From: a bacterium
GTDB lineage: Bacteria > Zhuqueibacterota > Zhuqueibacteria > Zhuqueibacterales > Zhuqueibacteraceae
Reading direction: 5' to 3'
Assembly: GCA_044869275.1 (NCBI GenBank)
Contig: JBIOXB010000099.1
Span: 1-39,284, forward strand
DNA length: 39,284 nucleotides
A program made the translations under genes and the position numbers. Below the pieces are notes generated by a model, which was not told where the DNA came from, did no database searches, and worked only from the letters and a program-made list of their open reading frames with translations. Positions 8,790 to 17,805 of the stretch are shown one piece after another. How positions within the stretch are numbered: position 1 is the stretch's first letter; each line of letters begins with the position of its first letter.

Positions 8790-11700
8790 ATGCTGGGTTT
8801 CATTGTCGGCCATCTGCGCTTGACACTTAAACAGAATTCTCTAACCGCTCTTGCTGTGGCGCTGGTGACCATGCTGCTCAGCACCATCACGCTTCCCGCC
8901 GCGCTGAGCTGGCACAGCTATCTCTCCCTGGCAGGCCTGCACTTGGCCTGCGCTTATTTGTTTCTCGAATTCATGTGGCTGCCGCTCACCTGGTTCCGGC
9001 GCCGGTTTCGGGGCAGAATGTCCAATCTCATGCTGGTCCTGGTGCTCGCACTGCTGCTGATGAGCACGCTCTGCCTGATTTTTCCGGGAAATTTGTTGCA
9101 TATGCTTTTCCGCGAGATCACCCAAAAATATGAATGGCGCGCGGAATTCCTCGTCATCATTCTACACGCCGGTTTTGCTTTTTTCTTTATCAACAACCTG
9201 AGGCTTCCGCGGTTTTTTTTCAAGCGTGCGCCCGGCCGCAGCATGCACGCCGCGAGTGACACCCCGGTGCAACCCAGCCCGTTGCTCAACGGCCTCGGTT
9301 TCATCTTTGGCTTGTACTTTGTGATCATCTTCGAATGGTGGATGATCAATCTTCAGCATACCATTGTGCTACCGCGTTCCATTGCCGTCCAGCCGCCCGC
9401 CCAGAAAATGCGGGAACTGCTCAAATTCGATGCCAGGAATTTTCTCCACCTCCCCGTGATACTTCAGCCTTACGAGGCCTTGTTCGCCGGCCCCTCAGAT
9501 TCCTCCGGGCGCAGGTCAAACCGGCTTCCGCCGCATTTTTCAGGCCCTGCCGCAGACACGCTCGGAACCTTGAGGCCGGAAGGAAAGTCGATTCCGCTTC
9601 CGGAAAGCGAGGTGAATCGCCGGCAGGATGGTGGCACAATCGGCGTGCTGCTGCCGGTGATCAGCGTCGCGCTGAGCGGCACGTTTCTCATGTTCATCGG
9701 TGGCATCGTGCCTTTGCTGCTGATGAGCAACATTTTGCTGTCAGTGCGAGATCGCGAGATGATCTACGCCCGGAGGCTGCGCCAAACCCTGATTTATGCC
9801 AGCCAATTCTTTCGCGCCATCATAGCGCAGAATCCGCTTTTTTCCATCAGCAGCTTGATCGTCATTACTTTTCTGATCGGCGTGCCTTTATTGATCGCCG
9901 TGGGAGGCAATCGCGGCTTGCTGGCGGGCCTGATGGGCTCGGATCAAATTCTCTTCATCTTCACGCTGGTGGCGGCGTGGCTCAGCCCGCTGATTTATGC
10001 CGGCGTGCATCTCGACCGCACTTTTGGCATGTATTTCAACACCAGGCTCGCCAACCTGGTGTTGAGCATGCGCGGCCACCTCGTGGTTTTGGGATACGGT
10101 GATCTCGGCCAGCGTGTGGTCAAGCGTGAGCTGGACAAGCGGCTGCAGCGCGAGCCGCCGCATGTGCCGTGGTGGCGCCGCTTGCGGCCGCCGTGGCGCC
10201 AGGCTGCAGCGCTGCGCCGGCGGAAATACTATTTGCGCCGAGACTGGCTGGAGCGCACGGTCTCGCCGGAGCTGAACATTGAAAGCTTGTGCAACAATGT
10301 GATCGTCGTCGATCGTAACAGCGACAACTTCATCTTTGCCGCAACCAACGACGTCCTGGGCAGTTTCGGCGTGGTGAGTGCCTGGGAGACATTGCCTGCG
10401 TCCGGCCGTGATCGTGGAACGGCAATGGAAGGCAAGCGCGAGCGCCGCCGTGAGCGCCTGCCGCGCCCGCGCATTCTCGTGCCGGTGATTCAGGGCGATG
10501 CCACCGAGCCGTTCACGCTCGCGCGCGTCAACCTGGAGCGCGCCCGGTTTCTGCTCAGCATGGTTTCGCAGGAGGAACGCGTGCGCGAGATCTTCACGCA
10601 CGCCGCGGAATGCGGCTTGCGCGCCATCATCTGCGTCAGCCGCAGTGACCAAATCAATAACCTCACCTACAAAGCTTCGCGCTATCCCATCACACTCGTC
10701 TATCCGAAGCAACACAGCGGCCTGGCTTTGGGACAGCGTTTGCTGGCCGCGGTGCTCAAAGTCAAATCTCGCTTGCCGCAAGCGCGCGGCTATCCGCGCA
10801 TTATGGTCATCGGGCTGAACAAGTCGAACCATTTCATGCTCGAGACCTTGTGGCACAACTGGCCGCGGCCAGACGATGCTCGCAGGGCCGAAGTTTTTTC
10901 GGACATGCTGCGCTTCGTGGTCACGGACGAGCCGCCGGCCAGCGCCACATTCGAAGCGCGGACGGCGCCGGCACCTCCGTCCGGGAGGCAGGCACGTGAA
11001 ACTGGGAGCGCCAACTCGCCCTCTGGGCGGACCTTATCGCCTCCCACCTTGTTCAATCGCGTCTGGCGTTCGAACTACCTTACCGGTTTTCGCCATCGCA
11101 GCGAAGGTACGGAATTGGGGCCGTTGCCCGTGGAGGTGCCCACCTGCGTCATGAAAATGGATGAAGGAGGCGTGCTGGAGCGCTGTTTTCGCGAATTTGG
11201 TCCGGAAATCGTCGTGATCAATGACGACAACCCGGGCAAATCGAGCATGCTGTTGATTCGTTGCGTCAACACCCTCGAGCGCTTGAAATATGAGCGCGAC
11301 GATTTCCGCTTCCCGCTGATTCTGATGAGCGCTGCACACGGGGACGAGGCCGGGAAGCGCGACATCGGTGATGCTTTTCGTTACTACGAGGCGCTGACGC
11401 ACCTGTATCGCGACTATCCGGGCTCCGAGCACCCGCGCCATGCGCACTATCGCCGCGAGCCGCCGCGGCGTTTGGTCGGCGACAGCATTCACGACGGCCT
11501 GGCCGATGCTGAAGAAATCATCTCCGGCGTGCGCGACAATTGGATGCTCGCCGATGAACCTCAGGCGCAAATTGCGCCCGCCGGCACTTCCTCCAGCGAA
11601 GTATTCGAGTTGAACACCTGCCTGCCCAACCTGTCCGGCGCTCTGGCCGAATTGGCGGCGCGGCTGGCCGGCTTGGAATTTTCCTATCGCCAGGAAGATT

Positions 11701-12866
11701 CACCGGAAGAGTTTTTTGCATTTGGCGGTCGGGCCATTCCCAAGATTTTGCGCCCTTCATTTCAATATCTGCGCCATATTCGCCTGGAAATGCCCGGGCG
11801 GGGATTCTGCCTGAGCGGTTACGCTGACCTGCAAGAAAATGACTGGGCCGGAATGCTGATGGAAGAACAGATCAAAAGCGCCGCGATTGCCGCGCGGGTT
11901 TATGCCAAGAACGATCGCCGCCCCCAGTCCGCCGCAGATCCATCCTCTGTGGCGAAATTACTGAAACTGCTTTCCGGCGCGCCGGCCGCGGCGATCGATG
12001 CGAAGACTTTCCTCGAGGTGATGCATGGCGCGTCTCATGGAACGGCACACGCCGATTATTGCCCGGGCATGACCATCTGCCCGATCGCTTCTTTTCAGCA
12101 TTATGTCGTGGCCTCAAACAGCCGGGCGCTCGCCGACTGGCAGGCGCGCGGCCAGAATGGGCCGTTGCAGGACGCGGCAAACTACAGCTGCGGCAAGCTG
12201 CCGTATGCCGCGGCGCTGCAGCGACCCCGCGCTCGCGTGCCTCAATATGCGCGCATTTTTTGTTGTTGTCGCGTCCAGCGCAACGATCCGGGAATGGTGG
12301 CGCTGGCGCTCAACCTGCTCAACTTTCGCCGCTTTGACCGGCTTTACCGGCGCGAAGAGCGAGAGAAAAACTTGCAAGAGGATTGGGTCGTCAACCTGGA
12401 ATACTTCAAAGACACCGCCTGCCAAAATCGCCGGTTCGCTTTGAATCGTTTGTTTGGCGTGCAGCGTTTTACCAAAGAGCTGCTGCAACAAAACGATTGG
12501 TCACTCGGTGACTATGAGCAGAGATTTAAGAGAATTTTGCCGCTGACCTTGATTCAGATCATGCCGGTGGGCGGCGCGGATGTCGCGCACCGCTGGTTTG
12601 ACTATGGCAAGGCATTGTTGCGGTTCATGCAAAAGATCGCGTCGCCGGATCGCCATTTCGAATTGTGGTGGTGGGATCAGCACGCGCAACGCCGCGATGA
12701 AATGGAAATAACGGAAGCGCGGGATTATCCCGTTGCGATTCAGATCAACAACAAACCCGGTGACCAAGCGAAGCGCGCCGAATTCTGCGAGTTTTGCCTG
12801 GCCGAGGACCGGGACCTGAGGCACGGCTGTGCGGCGCGCAGGCCCTGGATGGAAGACGATCGCTGA
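8790..12866 (+). CDS. Large multi-TM protein with two RCK/TrkA-N-like domains, two ACT-like modules and Cys clusters (function unknown)
   Basis: The ORF is open from 8631. ATG 8790 was chosen because GGGAA precedes it and a TTGACT-17-TATCTA promoter-like motif lies at 8701-8729. About 8 hydrophobic segments, then HLVVLGYGDLG / VIVVD / IQGDATEP..L...NLERA (TrkA-N), RIMVIGL, C.PNLSGALAEL, NDPGMVA.AL, CPGMTIC, CCC and CEFC. Confidence 0.8.
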   Translation: MLGFIVGHLRLTLKQNSLTALAVALVTMLLSTITLPAALSWHSYLSLAGLHLACAYLFLEFMWLPLTWFRRRFRGRMSNLMLVLVLALLLMSTLCLIFPGNLLHMLFREITQKYEWRAEFLVIILHAGFAFFFINNLRLPRFFFKRAPGRSMHAASDTPVQPSPLLNGLGFIFGLYFVIIFEWWMINLQHTIVLPRSIAVQPPAQKMRELLKFDARNFLHLPVILQPYEALFAGPSDSSGRRSNRLPPHFSGPAADTLGTLRPEGKSIPLPESEVNRRQDGGTIGVLLPVISVALSGTFLMFIGGIVPLLLMSNILLSVRDREMIYARRLRQTLIYASQFFRAIIAQNPLFSISSLIVITFLIGVPLLIAVGGNRGLLAGLMGSDQILFIFTLVAAWLSPLIYAGVHLDRTFGMYFNTRLANLVLSMRGHLVVLGYGDLGQRVVKRELDKRLQREPPHVPWWRRLRPPWRQAAALRRRKYYLRRDWLERTVSPELNIESLCNNVIVVDRNSDNFIFAATNDVLGSFGVVSAWETLPASGRDRGTAMEGKRERRRERLPRPRILVPVIQGDATEPFTLARVNLERARFLLSMVSQEERVREIFTHAAECGLRAIICVSRSDQINNLTYKASRYPITLVYPKQHSGLALGQRLLAAVLKVKSRLPQARGYPRIMVIGLNKSNHFMLETLWHNWPRPDDARRAEVFSDMLRFVVTDEPPASATFEARTAPAPPSGRQARETGSANSPSGRTLSPPTLFNRVWRSNYLTGFRHRSEGTELGPLPVEVPTCVMKMDEGGVLERCFREFGPEIVVINDDNPGKSSMLLIRCVNTLERLKYERDDFRFPLILMSAAHGDEAGKRDIGDAFRYYEALTHLYRDYPGSEHPRHAHYRREPPRRLVGDSIHDGLADAEEIISGVRDNWMLADEPQAQIAPAGTSSSEVFELNTCLPNLSGALAELAARLAGLEFSYRQEDSPEEFFAFGGRAIPKILRPSFQYLRHIRLEMPGRGFCLSGYADLQENDWAGMLMEEQIKSAAIAARVYAKNDRRPQSAADPSSVAKLLKLLSGAPAAAIDAKTFLEVMHGASHGTAHADYCPGMTICPIASFQHYVVASNSRALADWQARGQNGPLQDAANYSCGKLPYAAALQRPRARVPQYARIFCCCRVQRNDPGMVALALNLLNFRRFDRLYRREEREKNLQEDWVVNLEYFKDTACQNRRFALNRLFGVQRFTKELLQQNDWSLGDYEQRFKRILPLTLIQIMPVGGADVAHRWFDYGKALLRFMQKIASPDRHFELWWWDQHAQRRDEMEITEARDYPVAIQINNKPGDQAKRAEFCEFCLAEDRDLRHGCAARRPWMEDDR

Positions 12867-12879
12867 ATAGGAAAAAACC

Positions 12880-13491
12880 ATGAATCCGACTTTTCTGCTC
12901 TTCCTCTGCGCGGTCATGCACGCGGCCGCGCCCTTGCTTTTCCAGGATGAAGCTGAGTATATGCAATCCCTCGAGCAGCAGCGCCGCCTGAAAGATGAGC
13001 AATTCAAGAACAGTTCGGCATCACCACTGACGGACCAGGACAAGCGTGATTTTCGCGGACTGCCTTATTTTCCCATCGACACGAAATATCGTTGCACCGG
13101 CGCCATCGCCAAGAATCTGAAGCCCGAAACCATCGCTCTGGTCACCAGCGACGGCCGCACCAAGAAAGCGCAACACTATGGCGCGTTCGCATTTGTGATC
13201 AGCGGCGCACCCTATCGGTTGCAAGTCTATAAGCTGCTCAATCTGCCGGCCCCGCATCAAAATCTTTTGTTTATTCCTTTCACGGATGCCACCAGCGGCG
13301 AGGAATCCTACGGTGGCGGGCGTTATATCGATTTGATCGAGCAACGGCACGATGAATACCTCGTCGATTTCAACCGGGCATACAACCCTTCTTGCGCTTA
13401 TGGCCGCCATGATTTTAGCTGTCCCATTCCGCCCAAGGAGAATCATTTACCGGTGCGCATTGCCGCGGGCGAGAAAAAATGGAGAGATTGA
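12880..13491 (+). CDS. DUF1684 domain protein
   Basis: F.GLPYFP, LFIPFTDATSGEESYGGGRYIDL, DFNRAYNP.CAY, SCPIPP.EN.L...I.AGEK. Confidence 0.92.
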   Translation: MNPTFLLFLCAVMHAAAPLLFQDEAEYMQSLEQQRRLKDEQFKNSSASPLTDQDKRDFRGLPYFPIDTKYRCTGAIAKNLKPETIALVTSDGRTKKAQHYGAFAFVISGAPYRLQVYKLLNLPAPHQNLLFIPFTDATSGEESYGGGRYIDLIEQRHDEYLVDFNRAYNPSCAYGRHDFSCPIPPKENHLPVRIAAGEKKWRD

Positions 13492-13507
13492 AAACAGGAG
13501 AACGACC

Positions 13508-14692
13508 ATGACTCATTACAAGCATCTTATCATCGGCGGCGGTATGGCCGCGGCTTCAGCGATTGACGGCATTCGCGAAATCGATGCCGAGGGTGCCATC
13601 GGCCTGATCACGGCGGAAGCACATCCCCCTTATGATCGGCCGCCTTTGTCCAAGGCGCTGTGGACTGGAAAGAAAACGGTGGAAGAAATCATGCGTCTGG
13701 CCGCGCATGCCAACGTCACTTATCACATTGGCCGCACGGCGCAAAAGCTGGATCTTGCCGCCAAGCGCGTGCAGGATGATCAAGGCGAAACGCACACGTT
13801 CGGCAAACTTTTGCTGGCCACCGGCGGCACGCCGCGGAGGCTGCCTTTCGGCGAGGCCGCGATCATTTATTTTCGCGCTTTGGCGGACTATGAACGTCTG
13901 CGCGGCCTGGCCGAAAAAGGAGAGACCTTTGCCGTCATTGGAGGTGGTTTCATCGGCTCCGAATTGGCCGCTGCGCTTGCCATGCACGGCAAAAAGGTGA
14001 CGATGATCATGCCGGAAAACGGCATTTGTGCTCGTCTGTTTCCCGCGGAGGTCGTCGCGTTTCTCAACGATTACTATCGCCAAAAAGGCGTCGCGGTGAT
14101 TACCGGAGAGCATGCCACCGGCTTGGAAGGCGCGGAAACGAATCTGGCGTTGCTGACCAGCAACGGTCGCCGCCTCCCCGCAAATGGTGTGGTGGCAGGG
14201 ATTGGCATCGTGCCGCACGTCGAGCTCGCGCAAGCCGCAGGGTTGAAGGTCGAAAATGGCATTGTCGTCGATCAGTCCCTGCGCACGAGCCAGCCCGAGG
14301 TTTTTGCCGCGGGCGATGTCGCCAATTATTTTGATCACGTTTTGGGTGTGCGCCGCCGCGTCGAGCATGAAGATCTCGCCAACACCATGGGCAAAGCCGC
14401 GGGCCAGTCGATGGCCGGCGCCCGCGTCAACTTTACGCATTCCCCGTTTTTCTATTCCGATCTTTTCGAAATCGGCTACGAAGCCGTGGGCGAGCTTGAT
14501 GCGCGCCTGGAAGTCATCGCGGATTGGAAAGAAAAATTCAACACTGGTGTGCTGTATTACCTCGCCGAGCAGCGCGTGCGCGGCGTGTTGTTGTGGAACG
14601 TCTGGGGTAAAGTCGAGGAAGCGCGCGGCCTGATTGCCTCGGGCGCGAAAGTTACGGCGGCGTCGCTAAAAGGACGTATTGCATTTGAATGA
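13508..14692 (+). CDS. FAD/NAD(P)-dependent oxidoreductase (ferredoxin reductase/AIF-like)
   Basis: IIGGGMAA, PYDRPPLSK, LLATGG, VIGGGFIGSE, FAAGDVA, RRVEH, PFFYSD, GVLLWNV; RBS AGGAG before ATG 13508. Confidence 0.92.
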   Translation: MTHYKHLIIGGGMAAASAIDGIREIDAEGAIGLITAEAHPPYDRPPLSKALWTGKKTVEEIMRLAAHANVTYHIGRTAQKLDLAAKRVQDDQGETHTFGKLLLATGGTPRRLPFGEAAIIYFRALADYERLRGLAEKGETFAVIGGGFIGSELAAALAMHGKKVTMIMPENGICARLFPAEVVAFLNDYYRQKGVAVITGEHATGLEGAETNLALLTSNGRRLPANGVVAGIGIVPHVELAQAAGLKVENGIVVDQSLRTSQPEVFAAGDVANYFDHVLGVRRRVEHEDLANTMGKAAGQSMAGARVNFTHSPFFYSDLFEIGYEAVGELDARLEVIADWKEKFNTGVLYYLAEQRVRGVLLWNVWGKVEEARGLIASGAKVTAASLKGRIAFE

Positions 14693-15909
14693 GCGGTGTC
14701 TTGCCGCGTCCAATTTTTCGTAGGGGCACTCCCATGCTCTGCAAAGAGAATCCCAACCAAGCGCGAGGGCAGAAGTTGCGGCGCGATGCAAAACGATGCG
14801 TGCTCCTTCTGCTTCTCGCCCAATTCGGCCCTGCCATTTCGCAAACTTCGGTCAATCCCGATCTCAGCGTCATCCCGCGTTTTCTCATTCAAACCAACGA
14901 TGGCGAAAAGCTGGCGGAGGGCCGGCGAGAATTCAGCAAACCCGACTATGCTTTCGAAGAGCTCGAGATCGCGATACAATCCTATCTCAATCCTTTCGCC
15001 AAAGGCGACGTGGTTCTCACGCTGCCCGGCCCGGATCTGGAAAACAGCAAGCTCGGCATCGAAGAAGTCTATGCTACGATCCTGCGCGGCTTGCCGTTGG
15101 GCTTGAATCTGCGCTTTGGCAAATATCGCGTCGATTATGGCAAAATCAATATGATTCATCCGCATGCCTGGCCGTTTGTCACCCAGCCGCTCTCACAAGA
15201 AAGGTTCTTGGGAGAGGAGGGACTCAACGATCTCGGCCTATCCGCCAGCGTGCTCTTGCCCACGGGGAATATCTACACCAAGCTCACCGTGGACTTGCTG
15301 CGCGGCGGAGCCATTGACGAAGCCACTGGTATCGCGGATACGACGGAAAGCAGTCCGGCTTATGCCACTTCCGGCAGGCTGACGAGTTTTTTAACTTTGA
15401 ACGACCACAGCGATCTTGAAGTGGGGCTCAGCGGTTACACCGGGATTCATGACCCTTATGCGCATCAACGCTTCTATTATGCCAACGTAGATTTCAAATA
15501 TAAGTACCGGCCCAATTCCTATACTTCACTCGCTCTGCAGGGAGAGTTTCTGTATAATAAACGCACTGCCGTTCGTGATCGCGACTTGAATCCGTTTGTG
15601 GACGACGCAGGGCAACTGGAACAGCGCACCATCCATTCGTCCGGACTTTATCTTTACACGAACTACCAGTTCAAAAAAATATATGCGCTGGGCGCACGTT
15701 ATGATTGGAGCGAGTCACCCTATAGCCCGGATGATCAAGCGCAGGCTTTTGCCGCTTTCTTCGGATATTATCCAGTTGAGGAAACTCTGGGATTGCGGTT
15801 GCATTATCAGCACACGAATACGGAATCACCCGGCGGTGCGGAAGCCGTGAATTTGATTGCATTACAAGTGTTGTTTTCGCTCGGCCCGCATAAGGCGCAT
15901 CCGTTTTGA
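14689..15909 (+). CDS. Outer-membrane beta-barrel associated with metal ABC uptake (zinc-regulated receptor-like); start uncertain
   Basis: NPD.SVI, E.EI..QS.L.PF, IEEVY, G..N..HPH.WPF, amphipathic strands, C-terminal LGPHKAHPF; directly upstream of the ZnuABC-like genes. Confidence 0.8.
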   Translation: MSGVLPRPIFRRGTPMLCKENPNQARGQKLRRDAKRCVLLLLLAQFGPAISQTSVNPDLSVIPRFLIQTNDGEKLAEGRREFSKPDYAFEELEIAIQSYLNPFAKGDVVLTLPGPDLENSKLGIEEVYATILRGLPLGLNLRFGKYRVDYGKINMIHPHAWPFVTQPLSQERFLGEEGLNDLGLSASVLLPTGNIYTKLTVDLLRGGAIDEATGIADTTESSPAYATSGRLTSFLTLNDHSDLEVGLSGYTGIHDPYAHQRFYYANVDFKYKYRPNSYTSLALQGEFLYNKRTAVRDRDLNPFVDDAGQLEQRTIHSSGLYLYTNYQFKKIYALGARYDWSESPYSPDDQAQAFAAFFGYYPVEETLGLRLHYQHTNTESPGGAEAVNLIALQVLFSLGPHKAHPF

Positions 15910-15964
15910 TGACCTTGCGGGATAACACCGTTGTGTTTCTTTGCGAACTTTTTGGCGCAGGTGG

Positions 15965-15992
15965 GAGTATGAGTATGAGCATCAGTATGAGT
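15965..15992. repeat. Short hexamer tandem repeat (GAGTAT)n
   Basis: gagtat gagtat gagcat cagtat gagt in the intergenic gap. Confidence 0.7.
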
Positions 15993-16030
15993 GGGATGCT
16001 TTTGAGAGATTGAAAGAAGGAGCTGAGCAG

Positions 16031-16909
16031 ATGAAGGGATGGTTGGTTTTGTTGTTGATCTTGACGTCGACGTTGACGGCGCAAGCGAAAGTGAAAGTCG
16101 TGGCAACCCTCTCCGATCTGGCCGATTTGGCGAGACAAATCGGAGGTGAGCGCGCACAAGTTGATTTCATTGTACGCGGCGATCAAAATCCGCATTTTGT
16201 GGAGGTAAAGCCCAGCTACATGATGAAATTGAAGTCTGCGGATATTTTCTTGATGATTGGCATGGATCTGGAAATGTGGGCGCCGCAGATCATCGATGGC
16301 TCGCGCAACACCAACTTGAAAGTCGTGGATTTATCCAAGGATATTCAGAAACTCGAAGTGCCACCGCGTGTCGATGCCAGCCAGGGCGATGTGCATCGTT
16401 TCGGCAATCCGCATTATTGGCTGGACCCACGCAACATTCGCACCATGATGGAAGAAATGCTCGCGGCCATGTCCGCCGTCTCTCCAAACGACGAGGCTTA
16501 TTTTCGCGCGAATGTCGAAGCTTATCTGGCAAAGCTCGACGTGAAGATGGTCGAGTGGGAAGCCATGATGAAACCGCTTGCGGGCAGCAAGATCGTGACT
16601 TTCCACAAAAGCTGGTCGTATTTTGTGAGCTGGCTGGGTTTGATTGTGGCTGATCAGATCGAACCTAAACCGGGCATTCAGCCCAGTCCCAGCCACACCG
16701 CTGATCTGATCAAGCTCGTGCGCGAAGGCAATATCAAAGCGATTATTGTGGAGCCGTTTTACGACGCCAATGCACCGGAGCAAATCGCGCGCTCGACAAA
16801 TGCGAAAGTGATTCGCTTGACCACTTCCGTCGGCGGTGTGGAAGCTGCCCGCGATTACATCACCATGATGGATTACAACATCAACACCTTGGCGCAGACA
16901 CTGCGTTGA
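16031..16909 (+). CDS. Zn/Mn ABC transporter substrate-binding protein (ZnuA/TroA family)
   Basis: RBS GAAGGAG; signal peptide; NPHF.E.KPS, GDVH..GNPHYWLDP, TFH.SW.YF, EPKPGI.PSPSH. Confidence 0.92.
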   Translation: MKGWLVLLLILTSTLTAQAKVKVVATLSDLADLARQIGGERAQVDFIVRGDQNPHFVEVKPSYMMKLKSADIFLMIGMDLEMWAPQIIDGSRNTNLKVVDLSKDIQKLEVPPRVDASQGDVHRFGNPHYWLDPRNIRTMMEEMLAAMSAVSPNDEAYFRANVEAYLAKLDVKMVEWEAMMKPLAGSKIVTFHKSWSYFVSWLGLIVADQIEPKPGIQPSPSHTADLIKLVREGNIKAIIVEPFYDANAPEQIARSTNAKVIRLTTSVGGVEAARDYITMMDYNINTLAQTLR

Positions 16910-16928
16910 GTATAGGTCTTATGGACAT

Positions 16929-16992
16929 TTACACGTTACACCTTACACTTTACACGTCTTAGATGTCTTAACGTGTAAGGTGTAATGTGTAA
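16929..16992. repeat. Inverted heptamer array (TTACACN)4-loop-(NGTGTAA)3 hairpin
   Basis: ttacacg ttacacc ttacact ttacacg t ... a cgtgtaa ggtgtaa tgtgtaa. Confidence 0.85.
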
Positions 16993-17034
16993 GTTTTTAT
17001 TCTCTCTGGATTTCATACTGCTAGGAGAGGAGGA

Positions 17035-17805
17035 ATGCCAACACCGCTTATTGAATTTGATGCTGCGACTTTGGGGTATGGACGAAAAATTGTATTGGAT
17101 AAGATTTCTTTCGCCATCCATGCCAGCGATTATTTCGGATTGGTTGGCCCGAACGGCGCAGGCAAAACCACGCTGTTGCGCGCCATTTTGGGAACCTTGA
17201 AACCGATGGCGGGCCAAGTCCGCATTCAGAGCGCAAATAGCCGCCCCATTCGCATCGGCTACGTGCCACAGCGTGATACCATCGATCAGGTTTTGCCGTA
17301 TACGGTTTATGAAGTAGTGATGATGGCGCGCTACCGCCACGTCGGGCTTCTGCGCTGGCCGCGCCAGCAAGACGAGGAAATCGTGTTGAAGAGTTTGCGG
17401 CACGTGCATATGAACGATCGGCAGTCTCTCGCCTTTAATGATTTATCCGGCGGACAAAAGCAGCGGGTGCTCATCGCCCGCGCCCTGGCCACCGAGCCGG
17501 ATATTCTCATTTTGGACGAGCCCACGAACGGCATGGATTTGCCCTCCCGTTTTGCGATTCTCGAATTGATTCATGGTTTGCACGAGCAGGACCAGCTCAC
17601 CGTGATTCTGGTGAGCCATTTGTTGGATGACGTTGCCAATTATGTCAAGCGCCTGGCGCTGGTGGAGCGCAACTTCTTTCAAGTCGGCGAAATCGACGAA
17701 GTATTGACGGAGCAGAATCTCTCTTCGCTCTACCATCTGCCCGTGCGCGTGAGCCGGTTGAACGGCGACAAGATCATCCACCTCGGAGGCGGCCATGGCA
17801 ACTAG
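17035..17805 (+). CDS. Metal ABC transporter ATP-binding protein (ZnuC/MntA-like)
   Basis: GPNGAGKTT, IGYVPQ, LSGGQKQRVLIARAL, LDEPT, VSH. Confidence 0.95.
   Translation: MPTPLIEFDAATLGYGRKIVLDKISFAIHASDYFGLVGPNGAGKTTLLRAILGTLKPMAGQVRIQSANSRPIRIGYVPQRDTIDQVLPYTVYEVVMMARYRHVGLLRWPRQQDEEIVLKSLRHVHMNDRQSLAFNDLSGGQKQRVLIARALATEPDILILDEPTNGMDLPSRFAILELIHGLHEQDQLTVILVSHLLDDVANYVKRLALVERNFFQVGEIDEVLTEQNLSSLYHLPVRVSRLNGDKIIHLGGGHGN

Noticed and set aside
10092..10103. GYGD in the large membrane protein as a K+ channel selectivity filter
   Set aside because: The context VVLGYGDLG is the GxGxxG Rossmann loop of the RCK domain after the last TM helix, not a TVGYG pore loop between helices.
15941..16030. 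EYEYEHQYE N-terminal extension of the SBP
   Set aside because: It is a translation of the hexamer repeat; the RBS and signal peptide point to ATG 16031.
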